From Mobula hypostoma (taxonomy: Eukaryota), in assembly GCF_963921235.1 (NCBI RefSeq), contig NC_086097.1, forward strand, positions 1,054,001 through 1,118,000: DNA of 64,000 nucleotides, written 5' to 3'. The position numbers and the translations under genes are program-made. The notes beneath the pieces were generated by a model, which saw only the letters and a program-made list of their open reading frames with translations, was not told the DNA's origin and searched no databases. Each line of letters starts with the position of its first letter. Positions within the stretch are counted from its first letter, which is position 1. Of the stretch, positions 26,483 through 39,931 are shown one piece after another.

Positions 26483-29400
26483 TGGTTTGCAGTATATGGG
26501 AAGTCAGGGTGAGCACAATTATCCCTGATGACTACACCTGTAAAAAGTGCATCCAGCTGCAGCTCCTGACAAACTGAGTTAGGGAACTGAAGCTGGAGCT
26601 GGATGAACTTCAGATCATTCCTGAGGCAGAGGCAGAAATAGACAGGAGTTTCAGGGAGATAGTCACTCCTAAAAGTCAGGAGACAGGTAGCTAGGTGACT
26701 GTCAGGAGAGGGAAGGGGAATAGACAGAATGAGTAGAGCACCCCTTTGGCTATTCCCATCAATAATAAGTATACCATTTTGGATACTGTTGGTGGGGATG
26801 ACCTACCAGGGACAAGTTGCAGTGGTTGCATCTCTGGCACCGACACTGGACCCTCAGCTCAGAAGGGAAGGAGGGAAAAGAGGAGAGCAGTAGTGATAGG
26901 GGTTTCGATAGTTAGGGGGACAGATAAGAGGTTCTGTGGGAGAGATCGAGAATCCTGGATGATCTGTTGCCTCCCTGGTGCCAAGGTCCATGATATCTCG
27001 GATCGAGTTCTCAGTATTCTCAGGAGGGAGGGTGAGCAGCCAGATATTGTGGTCCATGTAGGGACCAATGACGTGGATAGGAAGAAGGAGGAAGTCCTGC
27101 AAAGAGAGTTTAGGGAGTTAGGTGCAACGTTGAAGGACAGGACCTCCAGGGTTGCAATCTCAGGATTGCTACCCATGCCACGTGCTAGTGAGCCTAGAAA
27201 TAGGAAGATAATGCAGTTAAATACGTGGCTAAGGAGTTGTGCAGGATGGAGGGCTTCATGTTTCTGGACAATTGGGCCTTGTTCCAGGGAAGGTGGGACC
27301 TGTTCCGACGGGACGAGTTGCACCTGAACTGGAGGGGCACTAACATCCTTGCGGGAAGGTTTGCTAGTGCTGCTCCAGGGAGTTTAAACTAGATTTGCAG
27401 GGGGAGGGGAACCAGAGTGTTAGAGCAGATAGTGAGGTGGAGGGGGATCAAGGTCATGCGAGAACTGCAAGTATAGTGCATGGAGTAAGGCCAGATCTAA
27501 CATATAAAGAGGCTTTGAGGAAAGAGAAGCAGAATAAAGGGTGTAAAGGTAGTAAGGTAGAAGGGCTAAAGTGCATGTACTTCAATGCAAGAAGCATCAG
27601 GAACAAAGGTGATGAACTGACAGCTTGGATATATACATGGAATTATGATGTAGTGGTCATTACAGAGAATTGGCTGGCACCAGGGCAGGAATGGATTCTC
27701 AAAATTCCTCGATTTCAGTGCTTTAAAAGGGATAAAGGGGGGGAAGGGGAGGAGGTGTGGCATTACTGGTCAGAGATACTATTACAGCTACAGAAAGGGT
27801 GGGTAATGTCGCAGGATTCTCTTTTGAGTCAGTATGGGTGGAAGTCAGGAACAGGAAGGGAGCAGTTACTCTATTGGGAGTATTCTATAGGCCCCCTGGT
27901 AGCAGCAGAGATACCGAGGAGCAGATTGGGAGGCAGATTTTGGAAAGGTGCAAAAATAACAGGGTTGTTATCATGGGTGACTTTAACTTCCCTAATATTG
28001 ATTGGCACCTGATTAATTCCAATGGTTTAGATGGGGCAGAGTTTGTTAAGTGTGTCCAGGACAGATTCTTGTCACAGTATGTTGACAGGCTGACTAGGGG
28101 GAATGCCATACTAGATCTAGTATTAGGTAACGATTCCGGGTCAGGTCACAGATCTCTCAGTGGGTGAACATCTGGGGGACAATGACCACCGCTCCCTGGC
28201 CTTTAGCATTATCATGGAAAAGGACAGAATCAGAGAGGACAGGAAAAATTTTAATTGGGGAAGGGAAAATTATGAGGCTATCAGGCTAGAACTTGCAGGT
28301 GTGAATTGGGATGATGTTTTTGCAGGGAAAAACATGTGGTTGATGTTTAGGGATCTCTTGCTGGATGTTAGGGAAAAATTTGTCCCAGTGAGGAAGATAA
28401 AGAATGGTAGGGTGAAGGAACCATGGGTGACAAGTGAGGTGGAAAATCTAGTCAGGTGGAAGAAGGCAGCATACATGAGGTTTAGGAAGCAAGGATCAGA
28501 TGGGTCTATTGAGGAATATAGGGAAGCAAGAAAGGTGCTTAAGAAGAGGCTGAGGAGAGCAAACAGAAGGCATGAGAAGGCCTTGGCCAGTAGGGTAAAG
28601 GAAAACCCCAAGTCATTCTTCAATTATGTGAAGAACAAAAGGATGACAGGAGTGAAGGTAGGACCGATGAGAGATTAAGGTGGGAAGATGTGCCTGGAGG
28701 CTGTGGAAGTGAGCGAGGTCCTCAATGAATACTTCTCTCCGGTATTCACCAATGAGTGGGAACTTGATGACGGTGAGGACAATATGAGTGAGGTTGATGT
28801 TATAGAGCATGTTGATATTAAGAGAAAGGGGGTGTTGGAGTTGTTACAATACATTAGGACGGATAAGTCCCTGGGGCCTGATGGAATATTCCCCAGGCTG
28901 CTCCACGAGGCGAGGGAAGAGATTGCTGAGCCTCTGGCTAGGATCTTTATGTCCTCGTTATCCACGGGAATGGTACCGGAGGATTGGAGAAAGGCGAATG
29001 TTGTTCCCTTGTTAAAAAAAGGTAGTAGGGATAGTCCAGGTAATTATAGACCAGTGAGCCTTACGTCTGTGGTGGGAAAGCTGTTGGAAAAGATTCTTAG
29101 AGATAGGATCTATGGGCATTTTGAGAATCATGGTCTGATCAGGGAAAGTCAACATGGCTTTGTGAAGGGCAGATCATGTCTAACAAGACTGATAGAGTTC
29201 TTTGAGGAGGTGACCAGGCATATAGAGGAGGGCAGTGCAGTGGATGTGATCTACAAGGATTTTAGTAAGGCATTTGACAGGGTGCCACTCAGTAGGCTTA
29301 TTCAGAAAGTTAGAAGGCATGGGATCCAGGGAAGTTTGGCCAGGTGGATTCAGAATTGGCTTGCCTGCACAAGCCAGAGGTTGGTGGTGGAGGGTGTACA

Positions 29401-30385
29401 TTCAGATTGGAGGGTTGTGACTCGTGGTGTCCCACAAGGATTTGTTCTGGGACCTCTACTTTTCGTGATTTTTATTAATGACCTGGATGTGGGGGTAGAA
29501 GGGTGGGTTGGCAAGTTTGCAGATGACACAAAGGTTGGTGGTGTTTCATATAGTGTAGAGGATTGTCAAAGATTGCAGACAGACATTGGTAGGATGCAGA
29601 AGTGGGCTGAGAAGTGGCAGACGGAGTTCAACCCCGAGAAGTGTGAGGTGGTACACTTTGGAAGGACAAACGCCAAGGCAGAGTACAAAGTAAATGGCAG
29701 GATACTTGGTAGTGTGGAGGAGCAGAGGGATCTGGGGGTACATGTTCACAGGTAGGTAGGGTAGTTAAGAAAGCTTATGGGGTGTTAGCTTTCATAAGTC
29801 GAGGGATAGCGTTTAAGAGTCGCGATGTAATGATGCAGCTCTATAAAACTCTGGTCAGGCCACACTTGGAGTACTGTGTCCAGTTCTGGTCGCCTCACTA
29901 TAGGAAGGATGTGGAAGCATTGGAAAGGGTACAGAGGAGATTTACCAGGATGCTACCTGGTTTAGACAGTATGCATTATGATCAGAGATTAAGGGAGCTA
30001 GGGCTTTACTTTCTGGAGAGAAGGAGGATGAGAGGAGACATGATAGAGGTGTACAATATATTAAGCAGAATAGATAGAGTGGACAGCCAGCACCTCTTCT
30101 CCAGGGCACCACTGCTCAATACAAGAGGATATGGCTTTAAGGTAAGGGGTGGGATGTTCAAGGGGGATACTCGAGGAAGGTTTTTTACTCAGAGAAAGGT
30201 TGGTGCATGGAATGCACTGCCTGAGTCAGTGGTGGAGGCAGATACAATAGTGAAATTTAAGAGACTACTGGATAGGTATATGGAGGAATTTAAGTTGGGG
30301 GCTTATATGGGAGGCAGGGTTTAAGGGTCGTCACAACATTGTGGGCCAAAGGGCCTTTACTGTGCTGTACTGTTCTATGTTCTAT
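26483..30385 (+). mobile_element. Near full-length CR1 (partial ORF1 with SGNH esterase; ORF2 APE+RT with frameshifts)
   Basis: VVHVGTND, YFNARSIRNK, MGDFNFPNIDW, KFADDTK; tail tgttctatgttctat. Confidence 0.93.
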
Positions 30386-33315
30386 GAGGTACCGGCAGGA
30401 GTAACAGCACAGTAGCAAAGGCATGAATTTATGGAAAAATGAGGAAGGTGCAGAACTGATACATTCCAAAAAAAAGAAATACTCAAAAGTACAACAATGC
30501 AAAAATTAGTGGGTAGTCAGAGGACTGGGAAGCTTTTAAAACCCTGTAGGGAGCAACTAACAGAATCCTTAGGAGGGAAAAGATGAATTACGAAAGCAAG
30601 CTAGCAAACAATATCAAAGTGAAAAATAAAAGAGATGAGAGTAGATATTGAACTGCTAGAAAATGAGACCAGAAATAAGGAGATGTCAGTTGAACTAAAT
30701 GAGTATTTTTCATCAGTCTTCATTGTGGAAAATAATAGCAGTGTCCCAGATGTTGAAGAGTGTGAGGAAAGAGAAGTGAGTGCAGTTACTATTACACGGA
30801 AGAAGTTGCTCAAAAAGCTGAAAGACCCAAGGATACACAAGTCACCGGACCAGATGAACCGTACCGTAGGGTTCTGAAAGAGGTAGCAGTAGAGATTGTG
30901 GAGGCATGAGTAATGATCTTTCACTTTCAGGCGCGGGCAGTGCCGGTGGGGGAGCAAGGAGTGCTCGAGGTCGACGGACAACTGGAGATCGGAGGATCAG
31001 CCGTTGTAGGTAGGCCGAGGAAGATCGGGACTACCTAGGCATTACCTGAGGAGGAAGGTAAAACTGCGCAGGCGCGGGTGACATCAGCGGCGAGCGTGGA
31101 GTTTAAAAAGAGGCCCACTTTCAGGTGCGGGCAGCAGAGTGCTGGACTTTGGCTCAGTGGGCTTCGGCGTAAGGGGGTCTTCGGTGAAAGGTAATCAGTG
31201 AGCCTGAGTACGTGCTTGCTGAGGAAAAAAGGGAAGGTCGGTAGGTACTTTTTCATTTATTCTGATTAATCTGGGATCAGGTAATGGGGGAGATAGTTAG
31301 AGCAGTGGTGTGCTCCGTATGCAGTATGTGGGAGGTCAGGGTCAACGCAGTTGTCCCTGATGACCACACCTGCAGAAGGTGCATCCAGCTGCAGCTCCTA
31401 TCAGAGCGAGTTAGGGAATTGGAGCTGGAACTGGATGAACTACGGATCATTCGGGAGGCAGAGACAGAGATAGATAAGAGTTATCGGGAGGTAGTCACAC
31501 CGAAAAGACGGGAGGTAGGCAACTGGCTGACTGTCAGGGGATGGAGGGGGAGCAGGCAGAGAGTGTAGAGCACCCCTGTGGCCATTCCCATCAACAATAA
31601 GTATACCGTTTCGGATACTGTTGGCGGGGATGACCTACCAGGAACAAGTTGCAGTGGTCCTGTCTCTGGCACTGAGGTTGGACCCTCGACTCAGAAGGGG
31701 AGGAGGGAAAAGAGGACAGCGGTAGTGATAGGAGATTCTATAGTCAGGGGGGCAGATAGGAGATTTTGTGGGGGAGATCGGGAGTCTCGGATGGTATGTT
31801 GCCTCCCTGGTGCCGGGGTCTGGGACATCTCAGATCGGGTGCAGGTTATTCTCGAGAGGGAGGGCAAGAATCCAGATGTTGTGGTCCATGTAGGGACCAA
31901 CGACGTGGGTAGGAAGAGTGAGGGGTCCTGCGTAGTGAATTCAGGGAGTTAGGTGCGAAGCTGAAGGGCAGGACCTCCAGGGTAACAATCTCAGGATTGC
32001 TACTTGTGCCACGTGCGAGTGAGGCGAGGAACAGAAGGATTATACAGATCAATACGTGGCTGAGAGGATGGTGCAGGAGGGAGGGCTTCAGGTTTTTAGA
32101 TAATTGGGCTTTGTTTCAGGGAAGGTGGGATCTGTTCCGATGGGACGGTTTACACCTGAACTGGAGGGGTACTAACATACTTGCAGGAAAGTTTGCTAGT
32201 GCTGCTTGGGGGGGTTTAAACTAAATTTGCAGGGGGCAGGGATCCAGAATGTGAGAGAGGATAGCGAAATGAAGTATAAAGGGCAGGTGGGGACTACACG
32301 GTTCTGGAATATTAAGTGTGAAGTAGAGAAAGGTGAGGGGGAACGAGTGATAAGGAGGATACATGTGCAGAGGGATGGTCTGACAGAGCATGGAGTTAAA
32401 TGTGCAGAAAGAGTAAGTAAATTTAAGAAGGACAACAAAATTCAAGGGGCGTATAGCCCGGTGAGAGTTCGGGGAGCTGGGTTATGCACAATAGGTAGCG
32501 ATTTAAACAGAGAGAGGAGAAATGGGTTAAAAATTCTATATCTGAATGCACGAAGTGTCAGAAATAAGGCGGATGAGCTTGAAGCTCAGGTGCGAATGGG
32601 TAACTATAATATTGTTGGGATAACGGAGACATGGCTGCAGGGGGATCAGACCTGGGAATTGAATGTACAAGGGTATACGTGCTATCGAAGGGACAGAAAG
32701 GTGGGCAGAGGGGGTGGGGTGGCCCTGTTGGTGAGGAATGAGATTCAGTCCCTTGCAAGGGGTGACATAGAATCAGGAGAAGTAGAGTCAGTGTGGATAG
32801 AACTGAGGAACAGTAAGGGCAAAAAGACCCTAATAGGTGTTATCTACAGGCCCCCAAATAGTAGCATGGATATTGGGTGCAAGTTGAATAGGGAGTTAAC
32901 AATGGCATGTGGCAAAGGAAATCTCATAGTAGTTATGGGGGATTTCAACATGCAGGTGAACTGGGAAAATCAGGTTGGTACTGGACCCCAGGATAGGGAG
33001 TTTGTAGAGTGCCTACGGGATGCATTTTTGGAGCAGCTTGTACGAGAGCCGACCAGGGATAAGGCTATTCTGGATTTAGTATTGTGCAATGAACAGGAAT
33101 TGATAAGTGATCTTGAAGTAAAGGAGCCATTAGGAGGTAGTGACCATAATATGGTAAGTTTTTATCTGCAAGTTGAGAGGGATAAGGGCAGATCAGAAGT
33201 GTCAGTATTGCAGTTGAACAAAGGAGACTATGGAGCCATGAGGGAGGAGCTGGCCAAAGTTGACTGGTCAGATATCCTAGCAGAAAAGACAGTGGAACAG
33301 CAATGGCAGGTATTC

Positions 33316-33898
33316 CACCATAGAAACCATAGAAACTACAGCACAGAAACAGGCCTTTTGGCCCTTCTTGGCTGTGCCGAACCATTTTCTGCCTAGTCCC
33401 ACTGACCTGCACACGGACCATATCCCTCCATACACCTCCCATCCATGTATCTGTCCAATTTATTCTTAAATGTTAAAAAAGAACCCGCATTTACCACCTT
33501 ATCTGGCAGCTCATTCCATACTCCCACCACTCTCTGTGTGAAGAAGCCTCCGCTAATGTTCCCTTTAAACTTTTCCCCCCTCACCCTTAACCCATGTCCT
33601 CTGGTTTTTTTCTCCCCTTGCCTCAGTGGAAAAAGCCTGCTTGCATTCACTCTATCTATACCCATCATAATTTTATATACCTCTGTCAAATCTCCAGGGA
33701 ATAAAGTCCTAACCTATTCAACCTTTCTCTGTAACTGAGTTTCTCAAGTCCCGGCAACATCCTTGTAAACCTTCTCTGCACTCTTTCAACCTTATTAATA
33801 TCCTTCCTGTAATTTGGTGACCAAAACTGAACACAATACTCCAGATTCGGCCTCACCAATGCCTTATACAACCTCATCATAACATTCCAGCTCTTATA
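33316..33898 (-). mobile_element. CR1 3' fragment nested in ORF2 of the full-length CR1
   Basis: Near-identical to 49047-49645; the host sequence caatggcaggtattc|ttgggaataat is interrupted. Confidence 0.92.
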
Positions 33899-34314
33899 CT
33901 TGGGAATAATGCACAAGGTGCAAAATCAGTTCATCCCCCGGAGAAGGAAGGATTCAAAGGGGAGAAAGTGGCCACAGTGGTTGACAAAGGAAGTCAGAGA
34001 TAGCATAGCACTAAAAAAGAAGTATAACAGAGCTAAGGTGAGTGGGAAGACGGATGATTGGGAAATTTTTAAGGAGCAACAGAACTTAACTAAAAAGGCA
34101 ATACAGGGAGAAAAAATGAGGTATGAACGCAAGCTAGCTAGGAATATACAGGAGGATAGCAAAAGTTTTTTTAGGTATGTGAAGAGAAGGAAGATAGTTA
34201 AGAACAATAAAAACAAAAACAACAGGAATTCTGCAGATGCTGGAAATTCAAGCAACATACATCAAAGTTGCTGGTGAACGCAGCAGGCCAGGCAGCATCT
34301 ATAGGAAGAGGCGC

Positions 34315-34350
34315 AGTCGACGTTTCAGGCTGAGACCCTTCGTCAGGACT
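34315..34350 (-). ncRNA. Minimal type I hammerhead ribozyme motif (inverted copy)
   Basis: Reverse complement AGTC-CTGACGA-AGGGTCTCAGCCT-GAAAC-GTC-GACT. Confidence 0.7.
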
Positions 34351-34399
34351 AACTGAAGGAAGAGTGAGTAAGGGATTTTTACTCACTCTTCCTTCAGTT

Positions 34400-34435
34400 A
34401 GTCCTGACGAAGGGTCTCGGCCTGAAACGTCGACT
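34400..34435 (+). ncRNA. Minimal type I hammerhead ribozyme motif (PLE-associated)
   Basis: AGTC-CTGACGA-AGGGTCTCGGCCT-GAAAC-GTC-GACT. Confidence 0.7.
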
Positions 34436-36300
34436 GCGCCTCTTCCTATAGATGCTGCCTGGCCTGCTGCGTTCACCAGCAACTTTGATGTATGTTAGTT
34501 AAGAACAATGTTGGGCCCTTGAAGAATGAATTGGGAGAAATTGTAATGGGAATCAAGAGAAATGGCAGACGAATTTAATAAGTACTTTGGATCTGTCTTC
34601 ACTAGGGAAGACACAAGCAATCTCCCAGATGTATGGATGGGCCAAGGACATAGGGTAATAGAGGAACTGAAACAGATTGACATTAGGAAGGAAATGGTGA
34701 TGAGTAGACTGATGGGACTGAAGGCTAACAAATCCCCAGGTCCAGATGGTCTGCATCCTCGTGTACTAAAGGTAGCGGCTCTGGAAATTGCGGATGCATT
34801 GGTGATCATTTTCCAATGTTCCTTAGATTCAGGATCAGTTCCTCAGGATTGGCGAATGGCTAATGTTATCCCACTTTTTAAGAAAGGAGGGAGGGAGAAA
34901 ACAGAGAACTATCGCCTTGTTAGCCTAACATCAGTAGTGGGGAAGATGCTAGAGTCCATTATTAAAGATGAAATAGCGGCATATCTTGATAGCAGTGATA
35001 GGATTGGGCCGAGCCAGCATGGATTTACCAAGGGCAAATCATGCTTGACTAATCTATTGGAGTTTTTCAAGGATGTAACCAGGAAGATAGATGCAGGAGA
35101 TCCAGTGGACGTGGTGTACCTTGACTTTCAGAAGGCATTTGATAAGGTACCACATAGGAGATTGGTGGGTAAAATCAGAGCTCATGGCATTGGGGGGAGG
35201 ATATTGACATGGATAGAAAACTGGTTGGCAGATAGAAAGCAAAGGGTAGCAGTGAATGGGTGTTTCTCGGAATGGCAGGTGGTGACTAGTGGGGTGCCAC
35301 AGGGCTCGGTATTGGGACCACAGCTGTTTACGATTTACATCAATGATTTAGAGGAAGGCATTGTGAATAACATCAGCAAGTTTGCTGATGATACTAAGCT
35401 GGGTTGCAGTGTGACATGTGATGAGGATGTTAGGAGAATTCAAGGTGACTTGGATAGGCTGGGTGAGTGGGCAGAAACTTGGCAGATGGCGTTTAATGTG
35501 AATAAGTGTGAGGTTATTTACTTTGGGAGCAAGAACAGGAAAGCAGATTATTATCTGAACGGTGTGGAGTTAGGTAAGGGTGAAATACAAAGAGATCTAG
35601 GAGTACTTGTTCATCAGTCTCTGAAGGTGAATGAGCAAGTGCAGCAGGCAGTGAAGAAGGCTAATGGAATGTTGGCCTTTATTACAAAGGGAATTGAGTA
35701 CAAGAGCAAGGAAATCCTTTTGCATTAGTACAGGGCCCTGGTGAGATCACACCTGGAGTATTGTGTGCAGTTTTGGTCTCCAGGGTTAAGGAAGGACATC
35801 CTGGCTGTGGAGGAGGTGCAGCGTAGGTTCACTAGGTTAATTCCTGGGATGTCCGGACTGTCTTACGCAGAGAGGTGAGAGAGACTGGGCTTGTACACGC
35901 TGGAATTAAGGAGATTGAGGGGGGATCTGATTGAGACATATAAGATTATTAAGGGATTGGACAAGATAGAGGCAGGAAATATGTTCCAGATGCTGGGAGA
36001 GTCTACTACCAGAGGGCATGGTTTAAGAATAAGGGGTAGGTCATTTAGGACAGAGTTGAGGAGGAACTTCTTCTCCCAGAGAGTTGTGGAGGTGTGGAAC
36101 GCGCTGCCTCAGAAGGCAGTGGAGGCCAATTCTCTAGATGCTTTCAAGAAGGAGCTAGATAGGGTATCTTATGGATAGGGGAATCAAGGGTTATGGGGAC
36201 AAGGCAGGAACCGGGTATTGATAGTAGATGATCAGCCATGATCTTAGAATGGCGGTGCAGGCTTGAAGGGCCGAATGGTCTACTTCTGCACCTATTGTCT

Positions 36301-37770
36301 AAAAATCATGGTGTCAGATGACTGGAAAATTGCAAATGTCACTCCACTCTTTAAGAAAGGAGGAATGTAGCAGAAAGGAAATTATATACCAGTTAGCCTG
36401 ACCTCAGTGGTTGGAAGATGTTGAAGTCAATTGTTAAGGATGAGGTTATGGAGTAGTTGGTGACACAGGAAAAGACAGGACAAAGTCAGCATGGTTTCCT
36501 TAAGGGAAAATCTTGCCTGACAAACATGCTGGAATTCTTTGGATTACAAGTAGCATAGATAAAGGGGATGCAGTGGATATCGTATATTTGGACTTTCGGA
36601 AGGCATTTGACAAGGTGCCACAGATGAAGCTGCTTACCAACCTATGAGCCCATGGTATTACAGGAAATTTAATGACATGGTTAGAGCATGGGCTGGTTGG
36701 TAGGAAGCAGCAAGTGGGAATAGAAGGATTCTTGTGGGTGTCAGTGACTAGTGGTGTCCCGCAGGGGTCAGTGTTGGGACCACTTCTTTTTATGCTGTAT
36801 ATCAATGATTTAGATGATGGTATAGATGGCTTTGTTGGCAAGTTTGCAAATGATATGAAGATTGATGGAGGGGCCTGCGGTGTTGAGGAAACAGATAGGC
36901 TACAGAAGGACTTAAGACAGATTAGGAGAAAGGGCAAGGAAGTGACAAATGAAATACTATTTTGGAAGATGCATGGTCATGCACTTTGGTAGAAGAAATA
37001 AGTGTGAAGATTACTTTCTGAATGGGGAGAAAATCCAAAAATCTGAGATGCAAAGGGGCTTGGGAGTCTTTGTGCAGAACACCCTAAAAGTTACCTCACA
37101 GGTTGAGTCAGTGGTGAGGAAGGTAAATGCAATGTTAGTATTCATTTCAAGAAGTTTAAAATACAAACAGGGACATGATGCTCAGGTTTTATAAGGCACT
37201 GATGAGTGAGTATTGTGAACAGTTTTGGCCTCTTCATCTCAGAGAAGTAGGGGCTGGCACTGGAGAGGGTCCAGAGGAGGTTCACAAGGATGACTCCAGG
37301 AATGAAAGGGTTATCATACAAGCAACGTTTTATAGCTCTGGTTCTGTTCTCATTGAAATTTAGAAGGATGACAGGGGATCTCATTGAAACCTTCCAAATG
37401 TTGAAAGGCCGAGACAGAGCAAATGTGGAAAGGATGTTTCCCATGGTGGGGGAGTCTAGCACAAGAGGGTACAACCTCAGGATAGAGGGGCACCCATTTA
37501 AAACAGAGATGAGGAGAATTTTTTTTAGCCAGAGGGTGGAGAATTTGTGGAATTGGTTACCACAGGCAGCTGTGGAGGCCAGGTAATTGGGTGTATTTAA
37601 GGCAAAGACAGATAGGTTCTTGATTGGACACAGGTCAAAGGTTACAAGGAGAAGACCAGGGAGTGGAGCTGAGGAGGGGACAAAAGGATCAGCCATGATT
37701 GAATGGCAGAGCAGATTCGATGGGCCAAATGGCTTAATTTTGGTCCCATGTCTTATGGTCTTATGATCTA
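36301..37770 (+). mobile_element. Old CR1 3' half (host of the nested array)
   Basis: SGVPQGSVLGP, KFANDMK; tail tcttatggtcttatg. Confidence 0.88.
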
Positions 37771-38383
37771 CAATCTTACACTATTTCCAGAGACTTTCTA
37801 GATTTTTGAAGACACGTGAAAAATAATTGTTTAATTTCTCTTTCCATATAACGGAACGCTATTTTTCTCATTTGCTGAATTACGAAAATTTTCCACCCTT
37901 GTCAACAATACAAGTCTTTTCCTCTACAAGAAAGCCGCAATTAAACTAGAAAGAGTGCAGAAATTATTTACCAGATTGTTGCTAGGATGTGGGGTCCTGA
38001 ATTTGCAGCAGTGGAGAGTTTATCTTTCTCTCTTTTTATGGCTAATCCTCTGGTGCACCTCCTTGAGGAGGAGGGGTAGAAAACGCCATCTATTCTTATT
38101 CCACCCAGCAAACAAGAAGACACTTTATCCACGTAAACACGAGGAAGAGTCAAAATGTGGTCGAAAAGTTAAAGAGCCAAAGAAATTACTGATGGGGAGC
38201 AGTGAGAGATGGTTTATCCAGACGGGGCACCACTTCTGTTGAGTCTGACCTCTATGTACGGGCAAATTCTGTTCAATGTGACTACTATGTATGTGCAGCA
38301 TGGTAGAAAGTGGTTAGTTTAGAAAGTGGAAAGTTGGTATGTTTGGGTTGCACAGTAGCATATGACCAGAATCAGAATTCAGA

Positions 38384-38580
38384 TTCCTCCGGTTGCTCCG
38401 GTTTCCTCTCATATTCCAACGACATATGGGTCAGAGTTAGTGAGTTGTGGACGTGCTTTGTTGGTGCCGGAAGCATGGTGACACTTGCGGACTGTCCCCA
38501 GAACATCCCTTGCTGATTTGATGCTAATGATACATTTCACCGTTTGCTTCAATGTTCATGTGATAAATAAAGCTAATCTC
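38384..38580 (+). mobile_element. V-SINE-like fragment
   Basis: ttcctccggttgctccggtttcctctcatattccaacgac resembles the conserved V-domain core; ends in aataaagctaatct. Confidence 0.55.
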
Positions 38581-39029
38581 ATCTCAGTATGAGTCAAAGA
38601 CAGAGTGCTATTGTCTATGTGTTCATGTTCCTTTGAACTCAGTTGACTGCCCTGCGTGGAATTAAGCGCTATTTTCCACTTGTCTATATGCTTTAAAGTT
38701 GGCTCCCAGCTTTCTGCATTTGCTATGCCAGACCCTGATAGCACTGATTTGAGCAGATGTGAATGGTAGAGAGAAGGCATGCTCAAATTATTCCAAAATC
38801 TCAGTACCCCTGACTTCGAAGACTGTTTTCTTCATGTATGAAGTGTAGGAATCTGAACCTACACTGTCTAAATAGCAAGGTGCCCAACAGAAGTCCTTTA
38901 AAGCCTCAGAATGCATGAAGACATCTTAATGTTCTTTACAGGTGCATGAACAAACAATATCTGACTCTAAACTACACTTGTGCCCTAGAATTTGATGGTA
39001 AAAGATTTGGACACAAAAAGACAAACAAT

Positions 39030-39600
39030 AAATTAGAAACAACAGAAAATATGCAGATGCTGGAAATCCAAGCACCACACACAAAATGCTGGAGGAACTC
39101 AGCAGGCCAAGCAGCATCTATGAAAAAAAGTACAGTTCATGTCCCTTCGGCAGGACTGGAGAAAAAGAAACAAGGAGTGGATTTAAAAGGGGAGAGAGAA
39201 ACACAAGGTGATAGGCGAACCAGGAGGGGGAGGGATGAAGTAAAGACCTGGGAAATTGGTTGACAAAAGAGATACAGGGCTGAAGACAGGGGAAGCTGAT
39301 AGGAGGGAACAGAGGAAGGCCAGGCCATGGAAGAAAGAAGAGGGGAGAGGAGCACCAGTGGAGGTGATGGGCAGGCAAGGAGATAAGGTGAGAGAGGGAA
39401 AAGGGGATGGGAAGGGGGCATTATCGGAAGTTCGACAATTCGATGTTCATGCCATCAGGTTGGAGGCTACTCAGACAGAATATAAGATGTTGTTCCTCTA
39501 ACCTGAGTGTGGTCTCATTGCGACAGTAGAGGAGGCCATGGATTGACTTATCAGAATGGGAATGGGAAGTGGAATTAAATAAATCTGGAACTGAAAAAAT
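39030..39600 (-). mobile_element. Penelope-like element 3' part (end of GIY-YIG ORF and 3' region)
   Basis: SIHGLLYCRNETTLRLEEQHLIFCLSSLQPDGMNIELSNFR*, homologous to 45380-45535. Confidence 0.88.
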
Positions 39601-39752
39601 ACACAATTTGGACTGGTAAGGCTGGAGAAGATTCCAGAAATGTGGAGAATAAAGATTACAGAGAGATTTGAAAATAAGGATGATTTTAAAATTAAGCCAG
39701 GTAGGGGCAGGTAATGGTGATTATACAACACCCCACAAGCAACAAGACTTAC

Positions 39753-39832
39753 CTCTGGAGGTCGGAAAAAGACTGGATTCCTCCACTCCAGGAATAAAGA
39801 ACGCAATGACTCACTTGACCCCAGCTGAGCAT
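39753..39832 (-). CDS. MLH3: MLH3 coding exon (human exon 4 equivalent), 80 nt: (D)AQLGSSESLRSLFLEWRNPVFFRPPE
   Basis: Acceptor gtttgaacag, donor gtaagt, phase 1/0; matches MLH3 SESLxSLFxEWxNPVF. Confidence 0.93.
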
Positions 39833-39931
39833 CTGTTCAAACAGTACAAACCGACATTGTTCCTTTTACCAAAATGCATTATCATACATTTCCTAACACT
39901 GTTACTACCCCTCCACCTATCGTCATATCAT

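Larger units (their letters stand above)
34209..34495. mobile_element. Penelope-like terminal fold-back insertion (inverted duplication) with 14-bp TSD
   Basis: TSD tagttaagaacaat at 34195-34208 and 34496-34509; inverted arms 34255-34371 and 34379-34495. Confidence 0.92.
30924..36300 (+). mobile_element. Essentially full-length CR1 (GC-rich 5' UTR, ORF1 31284-~32224, ORF2 to ~36215) with a few stops/frameshifts and two nested insertions
   Basis: ORF1 CSVC...CRRC plus leucine zipper, GDSIVRG and HVGTND; ORF2 LNARSVRNK, GDFN, SDHN, FADDTK; the host CR1 is split at atgatctttca|aaaatca. Confidence 0.93.

Noticed and set aside
31566..31568. TAG at the same ORF1 codon in two CR1 copies (also ~26733), possible programmed readthrough
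   Set aside because: A third copy has CAG and all copies carry other lesions; two observations are not enough.
38580..38945. Non-repetitive-looking stretch with a 76-aa minus-strand ORF
   Set aside because: No recognisable homology or convincing splice boundaries, and the flanking MLH3 exons already join in frame.
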